From Ancylonema sp. (Eukaryota): a stretch of DNA of 64,000 nt. Of this stretch, positions 1-11,981 are shown piece by piece. The notes beneath the pieces are model-generated. The model did no database searches and had not been told where the DNA came from. It saw only the letters and a list, made by a program, of their open reading frames with translations. Each line of letters opens with the position of its first letter. The stretch's first letter is position 1. The stretch spans positions 1 through 64,000 of the forward strand of contig JBFLGF010000218.1 of assembly GCA_050230475.1 (NCBI GenBank), given 5' to 3'. The translations under genes and the position numbers were made by a program.

Positions 1-133
1 GGAGCTAAGGACACACATATCACTATAAAGGGACAAAACTCGCAATAGGGAAAATTGCGCTAGTAGCGCTCTAGTGCTAAGTGTGGGAGCCTCGCTAGGG
101 AGCCCTAGTGACTGTAGCGAGGGTCCTAACAAT
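1..133. repeat. Dispersed repeat fragment, inverted copy of 25830-25959
   Basis: Bases 1-133 (..ctcgctagggagccctagtgactgtagcgagggtcctaacaat) are the diverged reverse complement of 25830-25959 (attattaggatcctcgctacagtcactagggctccctggcgagg..). Confidence 0.8.
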
Positions 134-570
134 GTACATGACCTTTATAAAGAGATTGGGTGTTTCATGTATGACCGTGTGCAAATTTGTGTGCGGGGTA
201 GGGTTGGTGGGAGTGCCACCGTGGCACCGCATTTTTGGCTTGCCGTTTGGGTTTCTACTAGGTAGCTGCCCCACGAAAAAAAACGGGAAACCGATTTCCT
301 ACCCGGGTGGTACCCAGCCCGGTTGGGCATCGGTAGGGGATAGGCGGCGGTAGGTTGTAGTGAACTTGGTAGAAAAACGGTAGGTATTGGTAATAATCGG
401 AAGAGTTTTCTTTTTTCCTGCGTGAAATCAAAGGTAAAAGGTGTAATCAAAAAACAAGGTTCCGGATACACTCAAACCATTACATAGGACACTTCTCGCA
501 AATATTTTATGATATGATATAATATAATATAATAATAAAATAATATACAAATATATAACACTATAATACT

Positions 571-1863
571 AGGGTTGTCGCGTGACCAAGCTTGTTTGCC
601 GATCGCCCGGGGGGGCGTGGGTTTGGTTCGTACTCGGGTTCTTGCCTCAGTTGCTTTTATTGGCTCTTATGCTGTGCTTTTATTGGCTCTTATGCTCTCG
701 CCGCGCCTGCACTCGCATCCGCTTTCCAGCAGCACGGTTTATCATTCGGCCCGTTTTTCAGCACTGTGGACGAGGGAGGTCTACGAACACAGATCGTCTT
801 CACCCAACAGCTCGCGCGGCACTGCCTCCATATGCCATCTTGGCCGTGGCTTCTATTCCTCACTTGCAACCGACACTTCTTGATGCTACCCACGCTCCTG
901 CGTTTGAGGTGCTTGTGGCGAGCACCGATCTCGCGACATCGAGGGCAAGGCTTCGGTCCGCCAGTGGACCCGGTGCGGGTCATTGGCTACAGGCGCCCCC
1001 ATCATTCCCTCCCTTCGTATCCCCCTTCCCCTATTCCTTACTGCCGTGCGCTTGCGCCTCGGGTTTCCCCACCCTTGCCTTGCTACCTATGATACGTGCG
1101 CGTGCGGCAACTCTATGGACGCCCTCGGTACGCATCTTATGCGCTGCAGTCGAGGGGGGGAGCGCATTTCATCTCATGACTCGGTGCGAGATTCCGTATA
1201 TCACATCCTCCGCGAGTCGGGTCCGCATGTTCAACGAGAACGTACGGGGTTTCTTCCGTCTTCCGCTCCGGGCGGTCGTGGGGGGCGAGTGGATATTGTT
1301 ATTTCGGATGTGGTGGAGGGGCATATTTTGGTGGATGTGGTCATTGCTCACCCCACGCGGCGTGACTTGGTGGATCTCGCGGCTTGTCGAGGGTTGGTGG
1401 CCGCATAAGATGCAGAACGGCGCAAAGAAACTCATTATCGTGATCGCGCGGCAGGGACCAAGTTTATCCCGTTTGCGTTAGAGGCGTACGGTGCGCTTTC
1501 CGATGCAAGCAATCGGTTATTGGTGGATTGTGCTCACCGTGCGGCGCAACTGAATGGGCGAATCGGGGCAAAATGTTAGTTTGTTGTTACTTGGTTTCGG
1601 CAGAGAGTTTCTGTTGCTTTACAACGTTCTCTAGCACATGCAATCCATGCTAGAACGTTGCGATTGGAAGAGGGTATGGCTCTGTTATTACCTCCCCCCC
1701 CTCCGCGGGTGTTATTGTCGTCAGTAGAGTGAAGGATTGTTGCTCGGGTGTTTTAGGGTTGGGGTTGTTTTTTTTCTTCTGTTCCGTTAAGGTTGGTACG
1801 ATAACGTTGGTGTTGTACTCAGATGGGGTTCCCATCGTGCTTGAATAAAATGCGTCTTTCTCT
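571..1863 (+). mobile_element. 5'-truncated, frameshifted CRE-clade-like non-LTR retrotransposon (restriction-like endonuclease type), C-terminal part and 3' UTR
   Basis: Motifs across frames: RLRSASGPGAGHWLQAPP, CACG..DALGTHLMRC (CCHC), HDSVRD, RVDIVISD..ILVDVVIAHP (PD-(D/E)xK-like RLE). The 3' end has AATAAA (1844-1849) and runs into (TAA)n. Confidence 0.8.
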
Positions 1864-2918
<1,055 letters not shown>

Positions 2919-3121
2919 ATATATAATATTTTATAATATAATATTTGTATTGCTTTTGAGAAAAAACATTTGCGAGAATTGTCACACAATGGTTTAAGTG
3001 TATCACTATTTTTCCCCACCGCAAAAAAATCGCGATACAGGCCAACTTAACCACGTTGTAAGAAACCAAAAATGCAAATTCTACTCCTCCGGATTTCTAG
3101 TATGAACTTAAACCCTTCTTT

Positions 3122-3480
3122 ATTGTTATTAACGAGCGAAGCGTTTTATTAAAGCACGATGGGAGCCCCATGTGAGTACAAGACCGACGTTATTTCACCA
3201 CCCTAACGGAACAGAAGAAGGAAAGCAAACCCAACCCTAAAACAGGCGAGCAACAATCATTGACTCTGCTGACGACAATGACACCCGCGCAGGGGGGGGG
3301 GGGGGGTAACATATCCATATCGTGCTCCAATCGCAACGGCTTAGCATGGATTGCATGTGCTAGAGAACGTTGCAACGCAACATAAACTCTCTACCGAAAC
3401 CAAGTAACTAGCAAACTAACATTTCGCCCCGATCGCCCATTCATGTGTGCCGCACGGTGAACGCAATCCACCAACACTTA
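3122..3480 (-). mobile_element. Second, more truncated copy of the CRE-like element 3' end, inverted
   Basis: Diverged reverse complement of ~1510-1860 (e.g. ttttattaaagcacgatgggagccccat vs atggggttcccatcgtgcttgaataaaa). Ends in a short TAA-like tail on the minus strand. Confidence 0.8.
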
Positions 3481-4083
3481 TCAACACTTCGTATATTAGT
3501 TTTCTCACATCTTGTGAGTCACATGATTCTCATGTAATGCATGGTTTACGCGTACAACGTGAAATCCATGAAAGATTTTCCGATCCGGGCTCCAGGCCGG
3601 ATCCGAGCCGCGGAGCTCGGCTCGGTTCCGGCCAAGCCCGGAGCCCATAGGGTTTGGTTGGCCTTCCCCGCATTTGCGGTAGGGCTTTCCATTATTTGCG
3701 GTGGGCGCACCTGTGCCAAATGGCAGGTCGACGCTGCAAGGACGAGCCAGCTGGCATGTTCGTGTGCGTTTGCTGACACGATTCGTTTCAGGCAAAGAGC
3801 GACCAACATTGCAACGCTCGTCACTTTTTAAAACAAACCGTTTTTTGGCTCTGGTCTCCTCTCATCCGTCGCAGATGTGTACTTCGCCTTCCTCTATTGA
3901 AGTGGTTCTGAGATGCAAATTGGATAATTGCTGATCATTCTTTTCCTACTGAAGGAGCTTACGGCAGTCAGCTGGATATCGAAACTTGACTCGCTGTCCT
4001 GGTATTCCGCAATCTGTGTGTCGGCATAGAAGCATGCTGTTCTTTTTCTAGCAGTCTGCCAAAGGTCACCAACATTTCTTCTG

Positions 4084-4668
4084 ATGCCGCCTCGACATGT
4101 TTTTACGGAGAAAGATTTTGACTGGGAAGCGAGCTTCAGCGGGACTCGGGATGACTCGCGCGGTCGTACATGGACAGCAGCGTTGACCCCGGGAGGAAAC
4201 CAATCTTCGCATCTTGCCGCTTCAAGCACAGGCGAAGATAGTTGTACGGAGTTATGGAACCAGATCCCGAGGAAATACAAGCTCCAACCAGTTGCCGCGT
4301 CGGCATCCCCTGCTCCTCCTTCTAGCACTCAAACCCCTGCAAAAAAGGTGGATCAGAAGGCCCCTAGTGTATCTGAACCTGATTTTGAGTTTCATCTTCC
4401 AAAACTGCGAAGCGAGGACGACTCTGGAAAGCGCAGAAGTCTAGGACCTGGTTTTGCTGTAGGTGTAGGATGCGGTGCTGGAATTGGTGTCGCGGTCTCT
4501 GGCGGGGCTGGGTTCGGAAGGGGTCCTTGGAATAATATCAAGATGGTGTTCGGTATAGGGGTCGGTTGTGGCATCGGGGTCGGATATGGATACGGGTATG
4601 GCTTTGGTTTCAGACTTGATAAAAAGCCAGGCGGTCTTCCAACGAAACGCATGGTGTTGGAGCTTTAA
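4084..4668 (+). CDS. Glycine-rich protein, TGD5/AS8-like plant family (GxGxG hairpin domain), single exon, 194 aa
   Basis: Intact ORF with GPGFAVGVGCGAGIGVAVSGGAGFG..PWNNIKMVFGIGVGCGIGVGYGYGYG, matching the plant Gly-rich TGD5-like pattern. Confidence 0.7.
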   Translation: MPPRHVFTEKDFDWEASFSGTRDDSRGRTWTAALTPGGNQSSHLAASSTGEDSCTELWNQIPRKYKLQPVAASASPAPPSSTQTPAKKVDQKAPSVSEPDFEFHLPKLRSEDDSGKRRSLGPGFAVGVGCGAGIGVAVSGGAGFGRGPWNNIKMVFGIGVGCGIGVGYGYGYGFGFRLDKKPGGLPTKRMVLEL

Positions 4669-5693
4669 CATCTGTTCCGTGCGGGAAATGCATATCCGTT
4701 GGTGTAGTGATGGTCTGATTAGCTTTTCAAAAGGATTCTTGAGCTCATCATTTGTGCAAGTGCTCAACAAAAGAATTACTTGTGTTGTTCACGGTGATGG
4801 GTGCACCCTTAATTGTCGAGTTTATACGATGCTTTCAAGTACAACACTTTCACATGTTCTGGCTTGCTATTGTACGTGGACAACGTCCATATTCATAGGA
4901 TACTCGTTTCAACCTGAAGGCAGGCGTTGCGGTTTTACTTCATTGAAATTTATTTGTTTGGAATACTTGAATGAGTTTGTAACTTTTTCGACATATTATT
5001 CGATGCGAGTATATGTGTTTAATCATGTATGTAGCATGCCTTTTAGTAACACGCCTCTCAAAACAGAATTGTCCTAATCATTCGATAAATTCACACTGTC
5101 GAGTTTAAAGACACGGTGAGTCATATTGGGCTTTCATTGATGACCACGCCCTCTCAATTCACAAGTCGTCTCATGGTTAAAGTGTAGGCGAGTGAAGGAG
5201 ATGGCAAATGTCCAAGCCAGTCTCTTGTGAATTGATGTCGTCTTAGGAAGGAAAGATTGACATTGTTTTTAATTCACATGTCACAAAATTTCTTCTTACA
5301 AACACAAAAAATGATAAAGAAAAATTGGAATGTTTTAGGAAGACAAAAATATATAACATCAATGGATTTCGATCGGGGTTCCCGGAGTAGTAAAAGACCT
5401 CATTATGGTTGATGTTGTCTAGTGCATTTTCAATGACCTCCAATATATGCTCTTGAGGGGATGTATATGATGACGTAGGCTTGACTTGCCACTTGAGATC
5501 GACGTTGCTTTTGAATTCATCCATGACGTCATAGATAAATTTTTTTTTAAAAAAAAACTCATAGAGTTTGACTACCGTGGGTGCCGATGAAGAAGAATAA
5601 CGGTTATGTCTATTGTCTAAAGTCGAGATGGTTAGGGGGTTACGGGGTACACTATCATACTATCATACAAAGGTAGGATAACTTCATGCCGCC

Positions 5694-7337
5694 TTGTCAT
5701 GACGCTAGAGATCGTTAAGGGTAAAACCCCTTCGTAATAATATCCAGACCTCTCTAGTAAAATACCCTGTTATAAGCAACCAGATTCGATATACCGAGAG
5801 TAAAAAAATATCGAGATTTTGTGTGAAGTTAGAATCAGTACTTCGCAAAATCCAACAACTTGTTGTAAACTCGAAAATAACGCGTGGCGTATTTTCCGAG
5901 TATAATGTCCAGCAGTCGTACAATTTAGACTGCGTGTCGACTTTTCAACGCCTAGCGCAACTTTGTTATCGACGATGATATTTATGACTTATCGATATTA
6001 TCTCGGCGGTAAATTCCAGCCATAGAATACTTGACGTTTATGTTTGTAGCGCCAAGATTGAATAGAACTTTCTAGAGTACAGTCTGTCGATTAACCATGT
6101 CGATTAACTCTAGTTAGTTTGCCGATTTGACGATCGTAGCATAAAGACTTTTTCATTGTACAGATCTGCCAGCTTCCGCTGTCATATTGCGCCGTCAAGA
6201 AATTTTCAAGAATCTTTCTCAAAAATCTCGTCAATTGTATTATCTGAATTCCGCAACTCCTGGCTGACACCAGTTCTTGCCATCATCTTTGTGTATTGTC
6301 TAAGATTGCTCGTGCGACTACCGCCGACGAAATTTGTAAGTTGACCGAAGTGACCTTCGCAACTTCCTAGAATTACTTGTGTTGTTTCGCTAACGCCAGC
6401 CTCTACACTTGTTTGTGTACCATCACATCTTTGAGCTGACGCTCTTACTGAACTAGTAATATTCGTGTACCACGTTGCTGACGCTCTTTCTGAGGCATAA
6501 CTACTTTGTCGATTTGCATCGAGCTCAGTAAGAGCGTCAGCAACGTGGTACACGAATATTACTAGCTTAGTAAGAGCGTCGGCACAAAGATGTGATGGTA
6601 CACAAACAAGTTTACAGGCTCGCTCAGTGAGAGCGTCAACGAAACAACTTAAGTAATTATAGGAAGTTGCGAAGGTCACTTCGGTCAACTTACAGATTTC
6701 GTCGACGGTAGTCGCACGAGCAATCGTAGACAATACACAAAGATGATGGCAAGAATTGGCGTAAGCCAGGAGTTGCAGAATTCAGATAAAAATACTTGAA
6801 AGGATTTATGAGAAAAGATTCTTGCAAGTTTCTTGACGGCGCAATCTGACAGCGGAAGCTGGCAGATCTGTACAATGAAAAAGTCTTTATGCTACGATCG
6901 TCAAATCGGCAAACTAACTAGAGTTAATCGACATGGTTAATCGACAGACTGTACTCTAGAAAGTTCTATTCAATCTTGGCGCTACAAACATAAACGTCAA
7001 GTATTCTATGGCTGGAATTTACCGCCGAGATAATATCGATAAGTCATAAATATCATCGTCGATAACAAAGTTGCGCTAGGCGTTGAAAAGTCGACACGCA
7101 GTCTAAATTGTACGACTGCTGGACATTATACTCGGAAAATACGCCACGCGTTATTTTCGAGTTTACAACAAGTTGTTGGATTTTGCGAAGTACTGATTCT
7201 AACTTCACACAAAATCTCGATATTTTTTTACTCTCGGTATATCGAATCTGGTTGCTTATAACAGGGTATTTTACTAGAGAGGTCTGGATATTATTACGAA
7301 GGGGTTTTACCCTTAACGATCTCTAGCGTCATGACAA
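5694..7337. mobile_element. 1.64-kb foldback (long inverted repeat) non-autonomous element
   Basis: Arms ~5694-6496 and ~6527-7337 are reverse complements. The outer 491 bp are identical; the same 72-aa ORF appears at 5705-5923(-) and 7108-7326(+). The inner arms are diverged and the spacer is ~30 bp. Confidence 0.9.
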
Positions 7338-7635
7338 CTGACGTGCGGTTTGGAGACGGCTGCTCATCCTGGGTTTCTGTAGAACTCAAAGGCGTCATCG
7401 ATGTAGTGGATCGTTGTTGGAGTTAGTGAAAGCAGCCGAGCCACCTCGAACACTACATGAACATCCGGAAGCAGTTGCTGAAGCCGAAGACGTACAAGAG
7501 TCATCGACTTCAGAAAGTCCGAACCTACAACTCCTCAGCCATTCAATACTCTCTAACAACGATCCACTACATTGATGACACCTTTGAGTTCTACAAAAAC
7601 CCATGATGAGCAGCCGACTCCAAAGCGCACGTCAG
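7338..7635. mobile_element. MITE with ~85-bp imperfect TIRs
   Basis: ctgacgtgcggtttggagacggctgctcatc... pairs with ...gatgagcagccgactccaaagcgcacgtcag. Confidence 0.8.
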
Positions 7636-7700
7636 CCTTGCCATATAATATATTGATTTTATCGCGATCAAGAATTGTGACTTGTTTTTAGAAGGATTAG

Positions 7701-8625
7701 AGTGCTACTCGATATAATGAACATTTTTTTTTCCTGAAAATGTGTCCTTACATCGAGGTGTCCTTATACACTATGTTAGGATATTTACTACTGGATTCTA
7801 AAATGTGTGTCCTAGTATCGAGGGACTTTGTGAATGAAGCAAAATGAATAAGCAAATGTGTCGTTTACTTGTCGCCTCTAGTAAGTTGCCTTGTGTCATC
7901 ATCCTATTTAGCGTGTCTGTTGTGATACAAGCTACACAAGTGCGTAATGTGACCAATACATGGGGGCTGTCATAATTTGTTCAATTAACTTCTCTAGGAG
8001 AGATGGGGAAGTGTTAAGGCCGTATGAACAAACTAAGTGCTCGCATATTTTGATGGAAATGGAGTGAACACAATGGTCATGAACAAACATGAACATTTTT
8101 TGTCAAGCAAGACACACCAATACGTGTCATGAAGAGAATAACATTAGTTCCTATTTGTGAACCGCGAGCAAAATACGCAATTGTTATACATTCCATCAAA
8201 CCAAAATGCTCCAAATCCCTAGTGTACGTTTTCGTGAGTAAAAATAGATTACAAGATTGTGACCGACAACTTTTAGAAAGGCATAACAAACGGATATAAA
8301 ATAATATCGACATGATTGGACCCTAAGATGCATGAACAAAAATGCTGAATATAAGTTTGCCTCCCAACTATTACTCTCATCGCTTGTATAAACGTTTTTG
8401 GATTCTAGTTTTTTCTCGATTTCCAAACATCGTTATCTCCGATAAATAGCGTTCTATTCAGAAAAGGACACTAGATTTTTTTTTGTATAAGACTTCGTCT
8501 TGATAAATACTGTCGCTATGCAAATATCGAGGACGATGTTATATTGATTTTAAAAAAGATTTAACAAAAATTGTTTTGATCGAGGTTGTCCTTATGAAGA
8601 GGGTCTTAATATCGAGGGAGCACTG
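7701..8625. mobile_element. Possible degenerate Tc1/mariner-type non-autonomous element
   Basis: Left end gagtgctactcgatataatgaac resembles the reverse complement of the right end gggtcttaatatcgagggagcactg. The atcgagg..gtcctta motif recurs near both ends. No clean TSD. Confidence 0.3.
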
Positions 8626-9638
8626 GCATGCTTTTGTGGGAGACTAGCCGAAATCATACTCGCCAAAAGTGATCGACTGATCGAGAGACTACCGAAAAAC
8701 ATATAAAGCAAGTTAAGTTTTACAAACAAAGAGAATGGGAGGATAGGAGGATGGGAGCATGGGAGGATGGGAGGATGGTAGGGTGGGAGGTTGATACCTA
8801 TCTACTGCAATAACCTATCAATTTTATCAAATGGAAAGGTACTTTCATTCTAGAAGAGTGTTGTGAGTAGATGGACGAACATGGAAATTCACGAAATTTT
8901 CAATTGTGACAAAGTATATCAAGACAACACAAAATCATAGCGACAAGATTCATATATTACATACGATGTGTAGACACGACGAAGGGGTAGTATCCTAAAG
9001 TGTGCAAGCCTTAGCTAGCAGATTAGGCCAAATGGGAGGGGCTTTTTGCAGAGGATTTTAACTGACAAGATAACTGACGTGACATTTGTAATCGACATTA
9101 GTTTTGAAGTCAGTCATGACATTAAAACATGTTGTCAATAAAAATGGCATGTTATGGTTTGACGACTCTCTATTTTATTTGGGTGTACGTCAATGGCGAT
9201 GCCTCTCGGTGACAAAACACATCGATCATTAAGAAACGCAAGTGTACTCCTAACATCGACCACAAAAGAGATGTGTGCGGACTCACTAACTGAGAGGGAA
9301 ATTCGGTCTAACAAACATGTATGTGCGATGAATCGTTTACGCTCATTATCAATCAGTCATAAATTCAATTGCATGGCGAATTCTACACAAACTAAATATC
9401 CGCGCATACACCCAACACATTTATGCATTCTACACAGTAGTCTTCATAGTAGTCTTCATGCATATCCCCATGGCGAAGGCGTAGACATTCATGCTCACCC
9501 CCAATTTTGCCAACACAGTAAGCGTCCAATATTACACATGACCAACCTCTATGCAAGTTGCTATGTACGCACACAATCTATACAGATCAAGGTCCTGATA
9601 CATAACATATGTACATACGATTCAATTGTACCAAAAAA

Positions 9639-11499
9639 TCAAGTCGTGTGATCTCCATGTATTCCACACATCATGTTGGCTGGACCAGCCTGGCCCATCA
9701 TTTTTGGATATGGGAGACCCAAATCTGCACAAAACACAAGGTATACCTCTTGACTTTCAAAATTGAAAGAATGATACTAGGCACGAGGCATTTTTCTCAC
9801 TGTCCATGATGCCAACGAACTCCTCCTGCAACAAAACACAATCAAGCCGCCAGATATAAGTGCCACACAAGCCACGGGCTGGAAAAAGAGACCTGTTTAC
9901 GTACCACTGGCTTGTTTAGGCGGGCATTAAACTTCAACTCTTCCTCCACTGTGCTCACCTGCACAACAACAAACCACAAAACACAAACCATGGACCATAG
10001 CCATCAGTTAGACGAGGATGGATGGCATATAGCACTGCTTTGTCAAGCCAGATTGTACCAATCAGCCCTTGTAATTCGAGTTATGCATGTACACGCATCA
10101 AATTGAGTTCAAAGGCCAGCACTCACTTGTGATTCCTGACCATACCTACCGTTTGGCCCTTGTAATCGTGTGCGGGGTAGAGGAGAGTTTCCGGAGGCAG
10201 TGAGTAAATCTGGTCCCCTCTCCCGCGTGAGCCGTGTGAGCACACGGAGCAGGAGCCTTTGTCCTGCAGAGTGTACCTCATACCTCCTACCTCAGAATGC
10301 ACCGACTTGTGCAGCGTCCGTGCGTCGCCTCCCTGAGAACAAGGGAAGGGAAAAGGCTTACTAGGTCGACTTGTCATCAATGTTGTTGCCCACTCCCTCC
10401 ATTCACCTGAAAGTCTGTTCTCCCACAGCCTCGAATGAGCAGCGCGTCGCCAGTGAATGCCATGGGTTGGGATGGGGTATCGGCCTGTCTGTTGAGGACA
10501 TACGTAACACACCCACTCGTATGACCTGGAGTAGTGCGGACCTGCGATTGAACCCACAGGGCACCATGCAATGTTACTCTGTGCCGGTGTCCTCCGAACA
10601 GCGAGCGGCCATACCTCCAGCACCAAGCCCCCGAACAAGATTTGGTCCCCGTGGTTCACTAGACGGTCCGCTCGAGCCCCACTGCTCTGTGAAATTACTG
10701 ACCGCACTGCAGGAACCTTGGCCTGGAGGCGCAACAACAAAACTGCTTTGAAGAGCATGCGCTGCACATTCTTTCGAAACTGCAGTAGTACTTCAAGGTA
10801 AGAAATTATGCAGAGAGGGTCAGAAGGAGGGATCCCTCTTATCCCCCTTCAGCAACGCTTTGAAATCTTCTTACCTTGATGAGCCCTGTACCGGTGATGT
10901 GGTCTGCGTGGACGTGGGTGTTCAACGCATATACGAGAGTCAAACCCAGCTCCTTGAGCAGGTTCACATCGCGCTCAACGGTGCTGTCCACCGGGTCAAT
11001 GATCTGTAGAGCCAGTGCTATAGTCATTGAAGTGCAGCTTCATGGCCAATCGCATGCGAACATCATCCCGGCAATTATTTTCTGCTCTACCTGCCCGTGA
11101 AGTGCACGACTGTACAAAGCGCCACCACACGAGCATAACTCATATTCATATTAGTTTGAATTCCCACATTATGAATTCGAGGACGTGAAACAAAACTGTA
11201 GATTCCCACAGGCATCCATCATTCCTCAGACATGAACTGAACGGGGCGCTGCTTAAACGTAAGGGCCCAAGAAGATGTAGAAAACTCACGACAGCAGGCT
11301 TGTCGGGTAAGGCAGTATCCGCAAGGATATAAGTAAATGTACTGGAATTTTTCTCAAATAGTTGCCGGAAGAGCACGCGTGTGCTTTTTGTAGAATGAAG
11401 CGCCGTTGTCATTGTTACTTTTGGAGGCTTTGCAAGTCTACACAAGGTAGCTGCCGAATGATTTTCTCTTGAAGTCAAATACGGTAATGATTTGAGCAT
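9639..11499 (-). CDS. ETHE1: Persulfide dioxygenase ETHE1/GLX2-3 (metallo-beta-lactamase fold), 9 exons, ~282 aa
   Basis: Exons 11499-11290, 11003-10875, 10722-10615, 10541-10407, 10332-10291, 10209-10150, 9958-9905, 9825-9801 and 9724-9639, all GT-AG and frame-consistent. Motifs [57 protein letters not shown]. The N-terminal extension resembles a transit peptide. Confidence 0.95.
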
Positions 11500-11981
11500 T
11501 GCATAGATGCGTGCGTAAGAATTCTTACAACCACAAAGACAGGCAGCGTTCTGGGAAGATTACTGGCGTCGGAACAGACCAAACGAGATCGAAATGATCA
11601 GGCTGGCAAATGCGATTTTCTCAGTATGCACAAGCGTTTGGCCTTCCAACAGACAACAGACGTCCAACTACTGTTCGTTTGTCTAAAATAATACCAGGGG
11701 ACCCCAAAACGACGATTCAAGATCCTGTGACGGTGTGATCACGTGTCAAGAGTATTGACACGTGAGAGCGAGCGACTCTCGGGGAACGGGACTTGCGTGC
11801 GGACAAGGTTCCCGTGCAACTGACGAACACAACCTCACTAGGGGTCACCAGAGGTCGCAAGGCCTCTGTAAACGGAGTGCACGAGAAGCTTGCTATATCT
11901 TTATAGTGCCCAGTCGCTGTCTTCGTACTGCCCTCAATTGATGTCAATAACCAGCGCAGGGTAGTAAATGCAACATCAATA
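11500..11981. promoter_or_regulatory. Short divergent intergenic region (putative bidirectional promoter) between ETHE1 and the GH2 gene
   Basis: Inferred only from head-to-head start codons ~480 bp apart. Confidence 0.4.

Noticed and set aside
5705..7326. Duplicate 72-aa ORFs and a 175-aa ORF in the foldback element
   Set aside because: By-products of the inverted repeat; no transposase motifs.
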